From positions 96,001 to 160,000 of the forward strand of contig JBFRWN010000124.1 in the NCBI GenBank assembly GCA_051439605.1: a stretch of 64,000 nucleotides of DNA, read 5' to 3'. Positions 42,594 to 54,069 of this stretch are shown here, piece after piece. The translations under genes were made by a program, and so were the position numbers. Position 1 is the first letter of the stretch. Every line of letters begins with the position of its first letter. The notes under the pieces were generated by a model that ran no database searches, was not told the DNA's origin, and saw nothing but the letters and a program-made list of their open reading frames with translations. Source of the DNA: Synechococcus sp. GTDB lineage: Bacteria > Cyanobacteriota > Cyanobacteriia > Thermostichales > PCC-7336.

Positions 42594-44987
42594 TTAACTA
42601 CGCAGGCTGACTGAGAATTGCTGTTCTAACTGCCGGCGCACCTGTTGGTGTGCGGATTCCACTTCAGATTCAGTTAACGTACGATCGCCCGCTCGGTAAA
42701 CCAGTCGAAAGGCCAGGCTGCGCTGCCCCTCTGGCACCCCTTTGCCGCGATACTCGTCGAACAAATTGACAGACTCTAACAGATCTCCAGCGGCTTTAGT
42801 AATGGCATTCTCAAGTTCCCCCACGCTAACTGTAAGAGGGGAATAAAAGGCAATATCGCGATCGGAGGCCGGGAATGTAGAGAAGTGTCTGTAGGTGACA
42901 GTCCCCAAAGACTTTAGACCTGTTAGCAACCCATTCAGAGCCACCTCAAAGGCATAGACCGTACCAGGTAAATCTCGCTCCTTGGCTACGCGAGGGTGAA
43001 GTTGGCCAAACACTCCAAGTCGATCGCCATTCAGCCACAGTGAAGCCGTACGACCGGGGTGCAGCAGCTCCTGTTCACTTTCTGCTTGGAACGTTACTTC
43101 TAGGCCCAGCCGCTCGAACACTTTGACTAACAGTCCCTTGGCGGCAAACCAATCGAATGGCTGTCCTGATTTCTGCCAGTTCTCTTGAGTGGGATTGCCG
43201 CCAAAAATACCGCCAATTCGGGTTTCTTCAACATAGCGATCTCCATCGCGCCAAAACACGCGTCCGACTTCGAATCCGTTGAGGGAACTGTTGCCTCGGT
43301 CGTTGTTATAAGCATATGTATCCACCAACCCGGGCAGCAGATCTTGCCTCAAGGCGGAAAATTCTTCGGCAATGGGGTTCGTAATGACTACCGGTACGCC
43401 ACTGGTTTGGGGACACAGTGAAATCTGCATCAACTCTGTGAGTCCAGCACTGCGGAATGCTTGCCGTACCACGCGCAGCAAGTACTCATGTTCGGAAATG
43501 TCGCCCACTCCGGTGTCGGAGGGCAGGGTGCTGGAGAAGCGATCGTAACCGTAAAGGCGTGCAAATTCTTCAATCAGGTCGATTTCCCGCTCGATATCCC
43601 GTTGGCGGTAGGCGGGCACCTTTACCGTCCATTCCGTTCCTGCATCTGATTCCTGTGGGGTCAACTCGAATCCAAGAGCCGCCAGATAATCGGAAACGGT
43701 TTCAGCAGGGATGCGATCTCCTAAGATGTCGATTAACCGTTGCAGCCGCAGAACAATCGTGCGATCGCCAGTAGGGCGGTCATCGTGAGCGGTTTCTTCA
43801 ATCAGCTCTCCCCCCGCCAGTTCCAGAATTAAGGCCACCGCGCGATCGCGAGCGGTTAACCAGGCAGAACTATCGACTCCCCGTTCGTAACGGGCAGACG
43901 CCTCAGTTCTCAAGGTTTGAGCACGGGCAGAACGGCGAACGGCGACGGGATCGAATAAAGCTGCTTCGAGAAAAATATCAGCTGAATCTTCACTGACTTC
44001 GGTATCTTCGCCCCCCATCACTCCAGCCAAAGCTACTGGTTTATCAGCCGCGGTAATCACCAGGTTCTCGGCAACCAATTGGCGATCGCTACCATCTAGA
44101 GTCTTCAGGGTTTCCCCAGCGGTAGCCAGGCGCACTCCAATTGTGGGGGAACTGCCATCCATCACCGCCAACAGCTTCTCCCAGTCAAATGCATGCAGGG
44201 GTTGGCCCCACTCCAGCAAGATGAAATTGGTGATATCCACAACATTATTAATTGATCGCACTCCGGCAGCCTCTAGCTTGCGACACAGCCAGTCGGGGGA
44301 GGGACCGATGTTGACGTTGCGAATCAGACTGCCACTGTAGGCGGGGCAATCTGCGGAGCTAGCAATAGCGAGCTGTATGCTTGTAGCCTGCTGAGCTTGT
44401 ACGGGGGGGGACGTGGGAAGTTGGATGGGGTTGCGAGTCAGTGCAGATACTTCCCGCGCAATTCCCACCATACTAAGGGCATCGGCTCGGTTAGCCGTAG
44501 AGACCAAATCTAGAATGGCATCGTCCAATCCCAATAGTGGACGAACATCACTACCCACTTCAGGGGTGGCGGCAAACTCGTAAATGCCCTCCGACTTGGC
44601 TTCCAATCCCAGTTCCTTTAGCGAGCAGATCATGCCCTCTGACTTCACCCCCCGCAGTTTCGTCTTGCGTAGCTTGAGGTCAATCGCTGGCAAGTAGGTG
44701 CCCACCGTCGCCACCGCTACGTAAATACCGGTGCGGGCATTCATAGCGCCGCAGACAATGTTTAGGGGCTCGACCCCTCCCACATCCACTTGGCACACCT
44801 GAAGGCGATCGGCATTCGGGTGCTTCTCTGCTTTCAAAATATGGCCGACAACTACCCCATCGGCAAGCTTGCGCAAGTCCTCAATCTCTTCCACCTCGAA
44901 GCCTGCCAAGGTTAAAGCCTCGCTAATTTCCTCAGGCTCCCACTCAAATTCCACCAGTTCCCGTAACCATTTCAGGGAAATCTTCAC
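42594..44987 (-). CDS. pheT: Phenylalanine--tRNA ligase beta subunit
   Basis: MKISLKWL, HPNADRL, NRAD.LS, GQPLHAFD, REIDLIEE, FDX-ACB C-terminus. Confidence 0.98.
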   Translation of the reverse strand: MKISLKWLRELVEFEWEPEEISEALTLAGFEVEEIEDLRKLADGVVVGHILKAEKHPNADRLQVCQVDVGGVEPLNIVCGAMNARTGIYVAVATVGTYLPAIDLKLRKTKLRGVKSEGMICSLKELGLEAKSEGIYEFAATPEVGSDVRPLLGLDDAILDLVSTANRADALSMVGIAREVSALTRNPIQLPTSPPVQAQQATSIQLAIASSADCPAYSGSLIRNVNIGPSPDWLCRKLEAAGVRSINNVVDITNFILLEWGQPLHAFDWEKLLAVMDGSSPTIGVRLATAGETLKTLDGSDRQLVAENLVITAADKPVALAGVMGGEDTEVSEDSADIFLEAALFDPVAVRRSARAQTLRTEASARYERGVDSSAWLTARDRAVALILELAGGELIEETAHDDRPTGDRTIVLRLQRLIDILGDRIPAETVSDYLAALGFELTPQESDAGTEWTVKVPAYRQRDIEREIDLIEEFARLYGYDRFSSTLPSDTGVGDISEHEYLLRVVRQAFRSAGLTELMQISLCPQTSGVPVVITNPIAEEFSALRQDLLPGLVDTYAYNNDRGNSSLNGFEVGRVFWRDGDRYVEETRIGGIFGGNPTQENWQKSGQPFDWFAAKGLLVKVFERLGLEVTFQAESEQELLHPGRTASLWLNGDRLGVFGQLHPRVAKERDLPGTVYAFEVALNGLLTGLKSLGTVTYRHFSTFPASDRDIAFYSPLTVSVGELENAITKAAGDLLESVNLFDEYRGKGVPEGQRSLAFRLVYRAGDRTLTESEVESAHQQVRRQLEQQFSVSLRS

Positions 44988-45507
44988 AGCTGCACCCGCT
45001 CGATCGCACAGCTACTTATGCTATCACTCGGTTGTCATTCATTCGTGCCCCGCCAACTCCGAAATCCTATCGCTGTGCCCATTTCATGTAGGGTCTCAAG
45101 ACCTATACACGGTCAGGAATCTGGTTCTATAAGATGTTCTCAGCGAGTTGAGGGTAGAACTTGCCTACGATCGCCCTTTGGGCTTGGAATGTAGCCCGAC
45201 AGAGCGGTAAGCCTGACAGACCGGTAAGCCTGATTGAGCGGATAAACAGTCTGGGTTCGGAGTCTATCGACAATCTGACTGCGAATCGCACGATAAAACT
45301 TTCCGAATAAAAGAGATGTAAGTAAAGTTATACCTGTGGACATTTCTATTCGGCCATCAAATCGAGTCCGACATGGGGGCTAGGGTCATGAAATGTTCTC
45401 ATCGATCTAGATGGCTGCTATTGAAGCACCGCCACCTTCACGATCGCTCCTTTTTTCACTTCTCCTTTAGCCCAACACTAAGATGAACAACCGCGATCCC
45501 ATCTGTT

Positions 45508-47487
45508 TTGGATGTAGTGCACGTGATACCACTGCTTTTGTCGTTAAATGCTCCACTACTGTTTGCTCAACTGCCAGCTGAGCACATCCCCCCCGGCACA
45601 GTTGCAGACAACTTACTGTCCGAGGGAGAGGCATCGCACCTACTGCCCGATTCGAGCTTAGATGAGATCGAAGAGCTAGCAGAGGAGGGTTCCCCCGAGC
45701 TAGAGGCAACAGATATCGACACGGGAGAGTTGGATCCCCCAGGAACTGAATCCCCCGAGGGCATGCCAGCGCCCCTGCCGGAAAACGCCCTCCAAATCCG
45801 ATCGGATCGACAAACCTTTAACTCGGAAACCCAAGTCTTTCAGGCCGAAGGGAATGTCGAAATGACATTCGGCCAAACCATTCTGCACGCGGACATTGTC
45901 ACCATGAACTTGGTGACAGAAATCGCTACAGCAGAAGGCAATGTGGTGATTGAAATTGACGAACGTCAAGAGATCCGCGGAACGTTTCTCGAATACCACA
46001 CCGGTAATCAAACCGGGTATTTGGACAATGCTGAAGGGGAACTGGACCTAGTCGCTCTACCAGTCAGCATTCAACGGGCGGTGTTACCCACCGATGCCGC
46101 TGCATCATCAGTATATGAACCCCCCGCCCCACAAAAAGGGCTCAAATTTATTCGCTTTGAGTCCGAACGCATCGAGCTAACCCCAGACAACTGGTTCGCC
46201 ACCAATATTGCAGTCACCAACGATCCAGAAGGGCCACCGCTGGGGCCAGAATTGGAGCGCCGATCCAAAACAGCTATTTTAGAAGAATTATCAGATGGCA
46301 CAAGCCTGCTGACAATGCGGGGCAGTAGCTTGTGGTTCGATCGCAAATTTCGCCTGCCGCTGCGGGATAACCAAATTGTGCTCGGGGATGATGATGCCCG
46401 TCGTCGTGCTCCTTTTGACATTCTCTACGATGACGATGATGGAGGGTTGATCCTTCGCCGTAATTTCGAGCTTTTGGGCAAACGAAATGTAGCTTTTATT
46501 CTGGCTCCCAGGGTACGCGTTGAGCAGTTTTCCAACTCAGATGGCGTTCTGGCTGCCTTTGGCTTGGACCTTGAATTCACTCGTGTCAGCCCGAACAATC
46601 AAGTTACCGACCTATTTGTTGCCCTCAACTCACTGGCTTTTGCGGAGGGGGTTGATAACGAAATTCGAGCTCGCATCCAACATCGCATTCCCATTAGCAA
46701 CAACTTAGGTGATGTTGTGCTGAGATATGCCTATCGCCCCCGCTTTCGCCCTATCTTCGGTGAATCGAACCGCCGGACCGATCTTTTTCATCAGGGTGGA
46801 GTGGCGTACAACTCTCCGGTAGTCAAGCTGGGGACTTCCGGTATTCGGTTTAGCTCGAGAATTGCAGCTGACTACTTAGATGGTGAGAGTCGAGATGACC
46901 GCAATGATTTTGTACAGACGGGGCGTTTGCGTATGGATGCCGCGTTAAGCAGCCGTTTTGGATTGTGGAAGCCCAGCGTGGTAGGCAAACCTCAACCTAG
47001 ATTTAGCTTTGCACCGATTCGACAGGGGTTTTGGTTGATCTCAGGGTTGCGCACTAATTCCGCCGCTTACACCACTGGAGATCTGCAAGCATCGTTGATC
47101 GGCAGTATTGGATTTCAAACAGTTCTGGGGGAATTCGATCGGAATTTCTTTGATTACACCGCCCTAAATGTGGTCTACAGCAACGGCCTGGTGGATGACG
47201 ACACCCCTCTACGTTTCGATCGCTTTCGAGCTCGAGAGAGTGTAGTTCTTGGCCTCAGACAGCAACTATACGGCCCTTTCCGAGCGGGGGCGGAGACGCG
47301 CCTCCGGCTGAACGACGGCTTCGAAGAACTCGATACCCTGTATTCTCTGTCTTACGATCGTCGCACCTACGGTTTTGACATTCGTTTTAGCGTCAAGAGC
47401 GGCTCGGGGAGCTTTCGCCTTCGCATTGATGACTTCAATTTCTTTGAGTTTGGTTTGGATAGCGTCACTGGAGGAGTCCTGCAGTAA
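45508..47487 (+). CDS. LptD/OstA-like outer membrane protein (DUF3769 type)
   Basis: OstA-like AEGNV repeats; C-terminal QQLYGPFR..YDRRTYG..FRLRIDDFN. Start uncertain. Confidence 0.8.
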   Translation: MDVVHVIPLLLSLNAPLLFAQLPAEHIPPGTVADNLLSEGEASHLLPDSSLDEIEELAEEGSPELEATDIDTGELDPPGTESPEGMPAPLPENALQIRSDRQTFNSETQVFQAEGNVEMTFGQTILHADIVTMNLVTEIATAEGNVVIEIDERQEIRGTFLEYHTGNQTGYLDNAEGELDLVALPVSIQRAVLPTDAAASSVYEPPAPQKGLKFIRFESERIELTPDNWFATNIAVTNDPEGPPLGPELERRSKTAILEELSDGTSLLTMRGSSLWFDRKFRLPLRDNQIVLGDDDARRRAPFDILYDDDDGGLILRRNFELLGKRNVAFILAPRVRVEQFSNSDGVLAAFGLDLEFTRVSPNNQVTDLFVALNSLAFAEGVDNEIRARIQHRIPISNNLGDVVLRYAYRPRFRPIFGESNRRTDLFHQGGVAYNSPVVKLGTSGIRFSSRIAADYLDGESRDDRNDFVQTGRLRMDAALSSRFGLWKPSVVGKPQPRFSFAPIRQGFWLISGLRTNSAAYTTGDLQASLIGSIGFQTVLGEFDRNFFDYTALNVVYSNGLVDDDTPLRFDRFRARESVVLGLRQQLYGPFRAGAETRLRLNDGFEELDTLYSLSYDRRTYGFDIRFSVKSGSGSFRLRIDDFNFFEFGLDSVTGGVLQ

Positions 47488-47643
47488 CTTTCGCAAAGCA
47501 TGCTCTTTACCGCTTGGGAAGGAATCTGCCTGCGCGAGCTATGGTGACATTCAATCTGACTTCGCGGTTTCTTATCGCCACAGCCATCTCCATGGGGTCA
47601 GCTAGCTTTGAGCAGAGTCAGAATTCTGAATAGCGAGATATCC

Positions 47644-48624
47644 TCAGCTGCTTGACGGTCGCGATAAACCATCAAGTAGGGCGAAACTATTCTCTCGGGT
47701 GTTTTGCAATCTCTCGAGGTAGCGGTGTACGGCTGCTTTGACAGACACTAATAAATTTGGATCGTCGCGATCGAACCAGATAATGCCAGGTGTGCGACGA
47801 AACCAGGTCATCTGGCGCTTGGCGAACTGGCGGGTGTGCTTGACAATGTCGAATTTTGCTTCGGCAAGGGAAATTGCTCCGTCGAGGTACCGCCCTAATT
47901 CCCGATACCCTAATGTTTGCAGCAACGGTAAATCGGCTCCATAAGTATCACGTAATGTCAGAACTTCCTCTAGCCAACCAGTCTCCAGCATGCGCTCGGT
48001 ACGAGCGGCAATGCGTTGAGCCAGCTTCTCCATGTTGCAGCATTTCAACCCCAGAATAAGGCTGGTGTAGGAAGGGGGAATCCTTCGCTGTAGCTCAGAC
48101 ATGGGTTGTCCTGCCGAGTAATACACTTCTAGAGCGCGCACGGTGCGTACCACATCGTGGGGGTGGATCTTTTTTGCTCCCACCTTATCCACCTGACAGA
48201 GGAAATTATGGCGCAGAGATTGGGGCAGTGCTTCCAGCTGATGGCGTAATTGTGGGTTAGGGGCCACAGCCGGGATGGCCAATCCTTCGGTTAAGGCTTG
48301 AACGTACAGTCCAGTCCCCCCCACGAGGATAGGAGTTTTACCTTGGTGGTGGGTTGCGTTGATGAGTTGTTCCGCCCGCTGCTGATACTGGACTACCGTA
48401 TAGGTTTCGGTTGGAAGGGCTATGTCGATCAGGTGGTGGGGCCACTGCGCTTGTTCTGCAACAGTTGGCTTAGCGGTTCCAATGTTGAAATGGCGGTAGA
48501 TTTGTCGAGAATCTGCATTGATGAGGGGAACTTTCAACTCTTGGGCCAATTGAAGTGCTAGGGCAGACTTGCCCGATGCAGTTGGCCCACAAATTACAAT
48601 TAGACCGGAGTTGCTAGCGCTCAT
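47644..48624 (-). CDS. miaA: tRNA dimethylallyltransferase
   Basis: GPTASGKS, ADSRQIY, IGTAKP, VGGTGLY, FAKRQMTWF. Confidence 0.97.
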   Translation of the reverse strand: MSASNSGLIVICGPTASGKSALALQLAQELKVPLINADSRQIYRHFNIGTAKPTVAEQAQWPHHLIDIALPTETYTVVQYQQRAEQLINATHHQGKTPILVGGTGLYVQALTEGLAIPAVAPNPQLRHQLEALPQSLRHNFLCQVDKVGAKKIHPHDVVRTVRALEVYYSAGQPMSELQRRIPPSYTSLILGLKCCNMEKLAQRIAARTERMLETGWLEEVLTLRDTYGADLPLLQTLGYRELGRYLDGAISLAEAKFDIVKHTRQFAKRQMTWFRRTPGIIWFDRDDPNLLVSVKAAVHRYLERLQNTRENSFALLDGLSRPSSS

Positions 48625-48718
48625 GCAATTGTCCAATTACGGTGCGAACGGGTGATTCAACTAGTCATCCGCACTAGTTCCCAGTTACACCAAACCTCAG
48701 TCTTATCTTAGTAAACCC

Positions 48719-49321
48719 ATGTCAATGAAAATCGCACGTTGGGATAGCAAACTTGCTGGCTGGATGAGTGCAGCGCACTGTGAATCGTGGGCGCAATTGG
48801 GCCGACGGGCAACACTTTCTAGGCATCGGATTCAGCAGCTGAGAGCAGGTCAACTGAATTCCTGGCGGCTTCAGCATTTAAAAAGTCTCTGTCAAACCTT
48901 CAATATTTCGCTGATGGAGCTGCTTGAAGCACTTGGGGAAGCGGAGGTCAAAGCTGCGGATACGGCATTACACCTGCAACCCAACAAGACTTCATCAAAG
49001 GCGATCGCGTCCGTACGCCAATCAACCTTGCAATGCCTGGAACCATTGTTACGACAGTTGCCAACGGCCGCATTTGCCGTTCAGCATCATAATTTGTCAG
49101 CACAGCAACTGCTGAAAATCCTGCATCCTCTCGATGTCTTACTCAACGAGTGGGAGGTTGAACGGCTCGGAGAAGTTGGACGAGTCATTCCTTACGACCC
49201 CACTTGGCAGCAACCCCTCACCCCCGAAAATATAGAAAGCGGCACCTCTGTAAGCATTCGCTACGTCGGGTACCGCATTAATAAAGCAATTTGGATTAAA
49301 GCTCAGGTGAGAGTTGCCTAA
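48719..49321 (+). CDS. XRE-like HTH protein with a GrpE-like C-terminal region
   Basis: N-terminal HTH-like segment; QLPTAA..GEVG..IPYDP..Q..V.IRYVGY..KAQV. Confidence 0.65.
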   Translation: MSMKIARWDSKLAGWMSAAHCESWAQLGRRATLSRHRIQQLRAGQLNSWRLQHLKSLCQTFNISLMELLEALGEAEVKAADTALHLQPNKTSSKAIASVRQSTLQCLEPLLRQLPTAAFAVQHHNLSAQQLLKILHPLDVLLNEWEVERLGEVGRVIPYDPTWQQPLTPENIESGTSVSIRYVGYRINKAIWIKAQVRVA

Positions 49322-49410
49322 TTTTTTTCAAAACCCAGTCAAGGGAGCGATGCTTTGGAAGCACGCGCCAGCTTACCTACAGATCGGACGTCAGAAATTG
49401 TTTAAACCGA

Positions 49411-49830
49411 CTATACCTGTGCAGAGTTCAGCTGTTCTTTGATTTGCTGCAGTTGTGCCGCCCAACGGGGATCGGGACCAGAAGGACTAGACTTATCTAC
49501 AAAGCTACTACCGCCTCGGCCGCTGCTTTTACCGCTTCGCCTGCCGGATTTAGGTGAGGGACGTCCCTCGCCACCCTCTTTGGTTCGCGATTGAGCCACT
49601 TCAACCTTGAGCTTGCCAGAACCGAAGTCAGCATTATTGAGAGCGGTGATGTACTTTTCAGCGATCTCATCAGACTCAACCGTCACAAAAGCAAAGCCGC
49701 GGCATTTACCAGTTTTGCGATCGGTAACGAGCTTCATAGAGGAGGGCTTGCTGACCTCAGCAAACTTCTCCTCTAAAGCTTGCTTATCCACTTCTTCGGG
49801 CAGATTGCCGACGTACAAACGCACAGACAT
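49411..49830 (-). CDS. RRM RNA-binding protein (Rbp3-like)
   Basis: RNP2 LYVGNL, RNP1 RGFAFV, C-terminal PDPRWA motif. Confidence 0.93.
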   Translation of the reverse strand: MSVRLYVGNLPEEVDKQALEEKFAEVSKPSSMKLVTDRKTGKCRGFAFVTVESDEIAEKYITALNNADFGSGKLKVEVAQSRTKEGGEGRPSPKSGRRSGKSSGRGGSSFVDKSSPSGPDPRWAAQLQQIKEQLNSAQV

Positions 49831-50531
49831 TTTATGAAACTCCTAGCAATAACATTGCAAAACATTGAGGATAAGGACTATCTCTCGGGCAAAAAACTTA
49901 TATGTAAAGATACAAATGCAAACCAAATACCGACACTTGATGTCTGGCGCTTACCGGCTTAGTAGCGAACGCTTTGCATTGCGAATTTCAGACAACAGCA
50001 AGCGCCCTGAATTAACCTTGCGACATCACATTATCTGTAAAAACCGCAAAACACAACAGGCAATCACTATCTTTTTGCATAATGCATGTCCAATAGTTCT
50101 TACATAATTGGTAGGAGATCGAGTCCTCTGCCACGAGACAAGGTGTTGTACATCGAACTTGCCAAGCACCCTGATTGGAGAGCGATAGCGATCGACGAAC
50201 CCTAAAGATGTGAAAGCATGGAATGTCGCACATCTAAACATAACATTTCTTAACGAGAAAGCCGCTTTATCGTTAGGATAACGATGAACTGATTAACCCA
50301 CATCACCAGTGTTCTCTTCCCCCATCAATGCCAGGGGGAGCAACACCACTTAATTGAACGCGAGAGACATCAACTCTATCCGCCGACCTGTTTAAGCTTC
50401 GTGGAAATCCTTCAGTCCAATCCATTTGCAGCAAGGTCTCTGCATAGAGGAGAAGCTTCCTAAGCCGGCGTGGTTCTGGGGTAGGATCGTCTCTGCACGA
50501 TTTTCGAGATTCCCTTTCTAGCCAGCCAGCC

Positions 50532-51809
50532 ATGATTCAAGAAATTACAATGCCCGCCTTGAGCTCCACCATGGAAATGGGAAAGGTGGTTTCCTGGTCT
50601 AAGAATGCCGGCGATCCTGTCGAAAAGGGTGAAACCATATTGGTGGTCGAATCGGACAAAGCCGATATGGACGTGGAGTCTTTCTACAGCGGTACGCTGG
50701 CAGCAATTGTTGTGGCAGCGGGTGACTCTGCTCCGGTAGGCTCTGCGATCGCGTTTATCGCCGAATCCCCCGATGATATCGATGCTGCCAAAGCAAAAGC
50801 TGAGGCTCTACGAGCAGCTGCTCCCGCCACCCCAGCTACCGCTCCTGCAAAAGAAGCACCTCAGCAGGACAAAGCTTCAGCCGCAGCAATCAAAGCAACT
50901 GCTGCTTCCCAAACTGCTCCTGCAGCCTCACGTACCGATGGCCGCATTATTGCGTCTCCCGTCGCCAAGCGTGTAGCTCAGCAGTTGGGGGTGGACATTG
51001 CCAAGGTGCAGGGTAGCGGACCCAACGGCCGCATTATTGAAGCGGATGTTCGGCAGGCTGCCTCGTCCCCGCAGGCGGCAATCAAGACTTCTACGACTTC
51101 TTCCCTTCCCTCGGCGATACCAGCCAATGTCGTACTTGGTGAAGTCGTTCCGTTCAACACTTTGCAGCAGGCTGTCGTGCGCAACATGAATGCCAGCCTC
51201 TCTGTGCCGACATTCCACGTGAGCTACGCTGTCGCCACCGATGCCCTCAATGCTCTCTACAAGCGGGTTAAGTCTAAGGGGGTCACTATGACTGCCCTGC
51301 TGGCAAAGGCTGTGGCTGTCACGCTAGAAAAGCACCCCTTGGTGAACGCAAGCTATTCCGAGACGGGAATTCATTACAAGGAAAACATCAACGTTGCCGT
51401 TGCGGTGGCCATGGAAGATGGTGGATTGATTACTCCCGTATTGCAGCAAGCGAATCAAGTGGATCTCTACGAGATGTCGCGCCAGTGGAAAGACTTGGTC
51501 GACCGTGCTCGTCGCAAGCAATTACAGCCTGAAGAGTACAGTTCTGGAACCTTTACTCTTTCAAATCTGGGAATGTTTGGCGTCAGTACCTTCGATGCTA
51601 TTTTGCCTCCTAACCAAGGGTCGATTTTGGCGATTGGAGGTGCAAAACCAACGGTGGTGGCAACTCCTGAAGGGGCGATCGCTGTTAAGACTCAGATGCA
51701 AGTGACTATCACCTGCGATCACCGAGTTATTTACGGCACTAATGCTGCTGCCTTTCTAAAGGATTTGGCTCAGCTGATTGAAGACAATGTCGAATCCTTG
51801 GCACTTTAA
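50532..51809 (+). CDS. pdhC: Pyruvate dehydrogenase E2 dihydrolipoamide acetyltransferase
   Basis: Lipoyl ESDKAD, E3-binding GSGPNGRI, catalytic DHRVIYG. Confidence 0.97.
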   Translation: MIQEITMPALSSTMEMGKVVSWSKNAGDPVEKGETILVVESDKADMDVESFYSGTLAAIVVAAGDSAPVGSAIAFIAESPDDIDAAKAKAEALRAAAPATPATAPAKEAPQQDKASAAAIKATAASQTAPAASRTDGRIIASPVAKRVAQQLGVDIAKVQGSGPNGRIIEADVRQAASSPQAAIKTSTTSSLPSAIPANVVLGEVVPFNTLQQAVVRNMNASLSVPTFHVSYAVATDALNALYKRVKSKGVTMTALLAKAVAVTLEKHPLVNASYSETGIHYKENINVAVAVAMEDGGLITPVLQQANQVDLYEMSRQWKDLVDRARRKQLQPEEYSSGTFTLSNLGMFGVSTFDAILPPNQGSILAIGGAKPTVVATPEGAIAVKTQMQVTITCDHRVIYGTNAAAFLKDLAQLIEDNVESLAL

Positions 51810-51856
51810 ATCGGTAGTTTGAGCGATTCTGGAAGAGGGTGAACGCTCCAGTCAGG

Positions 51857-52081
51857 TTAATCTTCCTGCACTAAATCGATGTATTTGCCATCGATGAGAA
51901 AGGCGCCATTGGCAAATCGAATGCTGAAGTATCCTGCTGGCCGAATCTCGAGTATGCGCCCTTCTTCCCCGACCTTGACCAGTTCAGCAGACCGCAACAT
52001 AGGCATCGGCTCGGCGGTTTTCAAAAAAGGGGGGAGTTGAACGATTTTTACGATATCCCCCACGGAAAAAGAACGGTTCAC
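51857..52081 (-). CDS. sipA: SipA (NblS-interacting, DUF3148)
   Basis: PPFLKTAEPMPMLR...VRF/IRF.NGAFLID. Confidence 0.88.
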   Translation of the reverse strand: MNRSFSVGDIVKIVQLPPFLKTAEPMPMLRSAELVKVGEEGRILEIRPAGYFSIRFANGAFLIDGKYIDLVQED

Positions 52082-52486
52082 GGGCAGTCTGTACCTAACT
52101 CAACCGGGATCGCGACCGATAGCTGTAGTCATTTCTGTTGGAACTGCAAGATAGATACCTGTGAGGGGATCGACTTATCTCAGTCCTAAGCATTTGGCGG
52201 TCGCTATAGGAGCTGATACTAGCATGCAGCTCTCTCACGGAAACCGCAGAACTGTGCAGGCGAACGCCTTTCCCAACCGCTACCCAGCAGCATCGTGGCT
52301 CAATCGCACAAGGTAGAACGCGCTTTACGACCTTTCGATTTTGTCCGAAAGGAGTAGAACTGTATCAGTTGTTCATGGAGCAAGCACCCAAACGGGCTTA
52401 TACTTCAACTCCAGCACTGTTTTTCAGCCATAACCCCCCTACAAGAAGATTCAAGACCGCGAGGGCGGCGATTGCCGCAAAGCTCC

Positions 52487-52702
52487 ATGGATGAACGTCA
52501 GGTAAGCAAACAACGTGCTAACGCCTTAGAGCAATATTTGCTGGATGGCGGATTTGTGGACGGTCGCGAGCTGGATTTGGCAAAAAAGCTGCAGGAGCGC
52601 GAACAGGGACCGTTACTGATGATTCTACTGCGGCTGAACTTTATCGATACCGACCAGCTGGCTCAGCTTTGGGATTTTGAAGATCGTGCCTGGGTTTCTT
52701 GA
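52487..52702 (+). CDS. DUF2949-like small protein
   Basis: GPLLMILLRLNFI...QL..LWD pattern. Confidence 0.7.
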   Translation: MDERQVSKQRANALEQYLLDGGFVDGRELDLAKKLQEREQGPLLMILLRLNFIDTDQLAQLWDFEDRAWVS

Positions 52703-53683
52703 GTGATTCAGATTTATGACCTGCGGGTTGGCAACATTCCCGCCGAAGCTTCTTATAAGAATCAAACAACCTTATTGACCCACTGCACGAGCGATCGCTG
52801 GCAGCAGGCATACCCCATTCTCAGTCATTGTCTGCCGTTAAACCTTCCGGTTGTCCTTATTGAATCCAATTCCAATGTCACGGCGATCGAGACCTCGCTT
52901 TCGCAGGTTGAGACCCATTTCTTTTCAGAGCGATCTACTGGGTCTTGCTGGGTGCACGTACTCATTCCGATGTCTGGCTCACCGTCGTCGGCAGCGGTCG
53001 GCAATCTGATGGAGATTGTGGCAACATTGCGATCGCCCACAGGCTGCCCGTGGGATAGAGCCCAAACCCCTATATCCCTAACCCCTTATATCGTGGAGGA
53101 AGCTTACGAGGCGGTGGCCGCCATCCGCAGCGGTGACACAGCTCATGCGATGGAAGAGCTGGGGGATTTATTGCTGCAGGTAGTGTTGCAGTCCCAGATC
53201 TTTAGCGAAACCCAAGACTTTTCCCTGGCCGAAGTGGCAGAGGGGATTTCTAGCAAACTGATTCGTCGCCATCCCCACGTGTTTGGACCGACCGCAGGAC
53301 CGACAGATGTCGCTGCAGTCAAACAGCGCTGGGAAGAAATTAAATCTGACGAGAAATCCACTGAAACGCTATTGGACACAGTGACCGGCTATGCAGACAC
53401 GTTTCCCCCGTTATTAGCCGCCACCAAAATCGCTAAAAAGACAGACCAGACCCCAGGTCTTAACGGCGACCTACAATCTCTGTTCGAGCAGATTCAGCAG
53501 CAGCTATCTTGCTTGCGACTGGCTGTTGAAGGAAACGATGAGGACAAGGAAAAGGCCTTAGGTCAGCTTTTGTTCCTGCTTGCTCAAGTGGGGCAACGAC
53601 AGGGCATCAAGGCTTCTACTGCGCTTGATGCAGCCAATCGTTTGGCGATACAGCAGGTGAATGACTGCGAGTCCCCCTACTGA
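52703..53683 (+). CDS. mazG: MazG nucleoside triphosphate pyrophosphohydrolase
   Basis: LRSPTGCPWDRAQT, EEAYE, EELGDLLLQV, KLIRRHPHVF; N-terminal extension and start uncertain. Confidence 0.88.
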   Translation: MIQIYDLRVGNIPAEASYKNQTTLLTHCTSDRWQQAYPILSHCLPLNLPVVLIESNSNVTAIETSLSQVETHFFSERSTGSCWVHVLIPMSGSPSSAAVGNLMEIVATLRSPTGCPWDRAQTPISLTPYIVEEAYEAVAAIRSGDTAHAMEELGDLLLQVVLQSQIFSETQDFSLAEVAEGISSKLIRRHPHVFGPTAGPTDVAAVKQRWEEIKSDEKSTETLLDTVTGYADTFPPLLAATKIAKKTDQTPGLNGDLQSLFEQIQQQLSCLRLAVEGNDEDKEKALGQLLFLLAQVGQRQGIKASTALDAANRLAIQQVNDCESPY

Positions 53684-53689
53684 ATCAGG

Positions 53690-54013
53690 CTAAAGGGACA
53701 GGCGATCTTCCAAAGCCCGTACCTGCCGCTCTAGGCGATCCAGCCGTCCCCGCAGTTCGTCCATTTCCGCCTGGCGAGGTACTCCCCAATCCTGCATCGC
53801 GTTACGTATTTGCCGCTGCAGGGTGGCTTCGATGGTCTCCTGGTCGGTCCGAAATTGTGCCATCACCTTCTCAACCATTTGTCGAGCAGCTTCGGGATCT
53901 AGGCTGCCATTCTGGACTAACTCGTCCACCGCCTTGTTAAACTGCTCCATTACGACACTCGTCGTACCAATTCCCATCATTAAGAGTTGTCGCAATAAGC
54001 TGTTAGTTTCCAT
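53690..54013 (-). CDS. Phasin-like (PHA granule-associated family) protein
   Basis: LLMMGIG..VDELVQNGSL..EA..W/LGVPRQAEMDELRGRLDRLE. Confidence 0.75.
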   Translation of the reverse strand: METNSLLRQLLMMGIGTTSVVMEQFNKAVDELVQNGSLDPEAARQMVEKVMAQFRTDQETIEATLQRQIRNAMQDWGVPRQAEMDELRGRLDRLERQVRALEDRLSL

Positions 54014-54069
54014 AACTCCTCAAATGGCTGCGCTATTTCTATTCTGTCAGACTATTTTCTTGCCCCCCC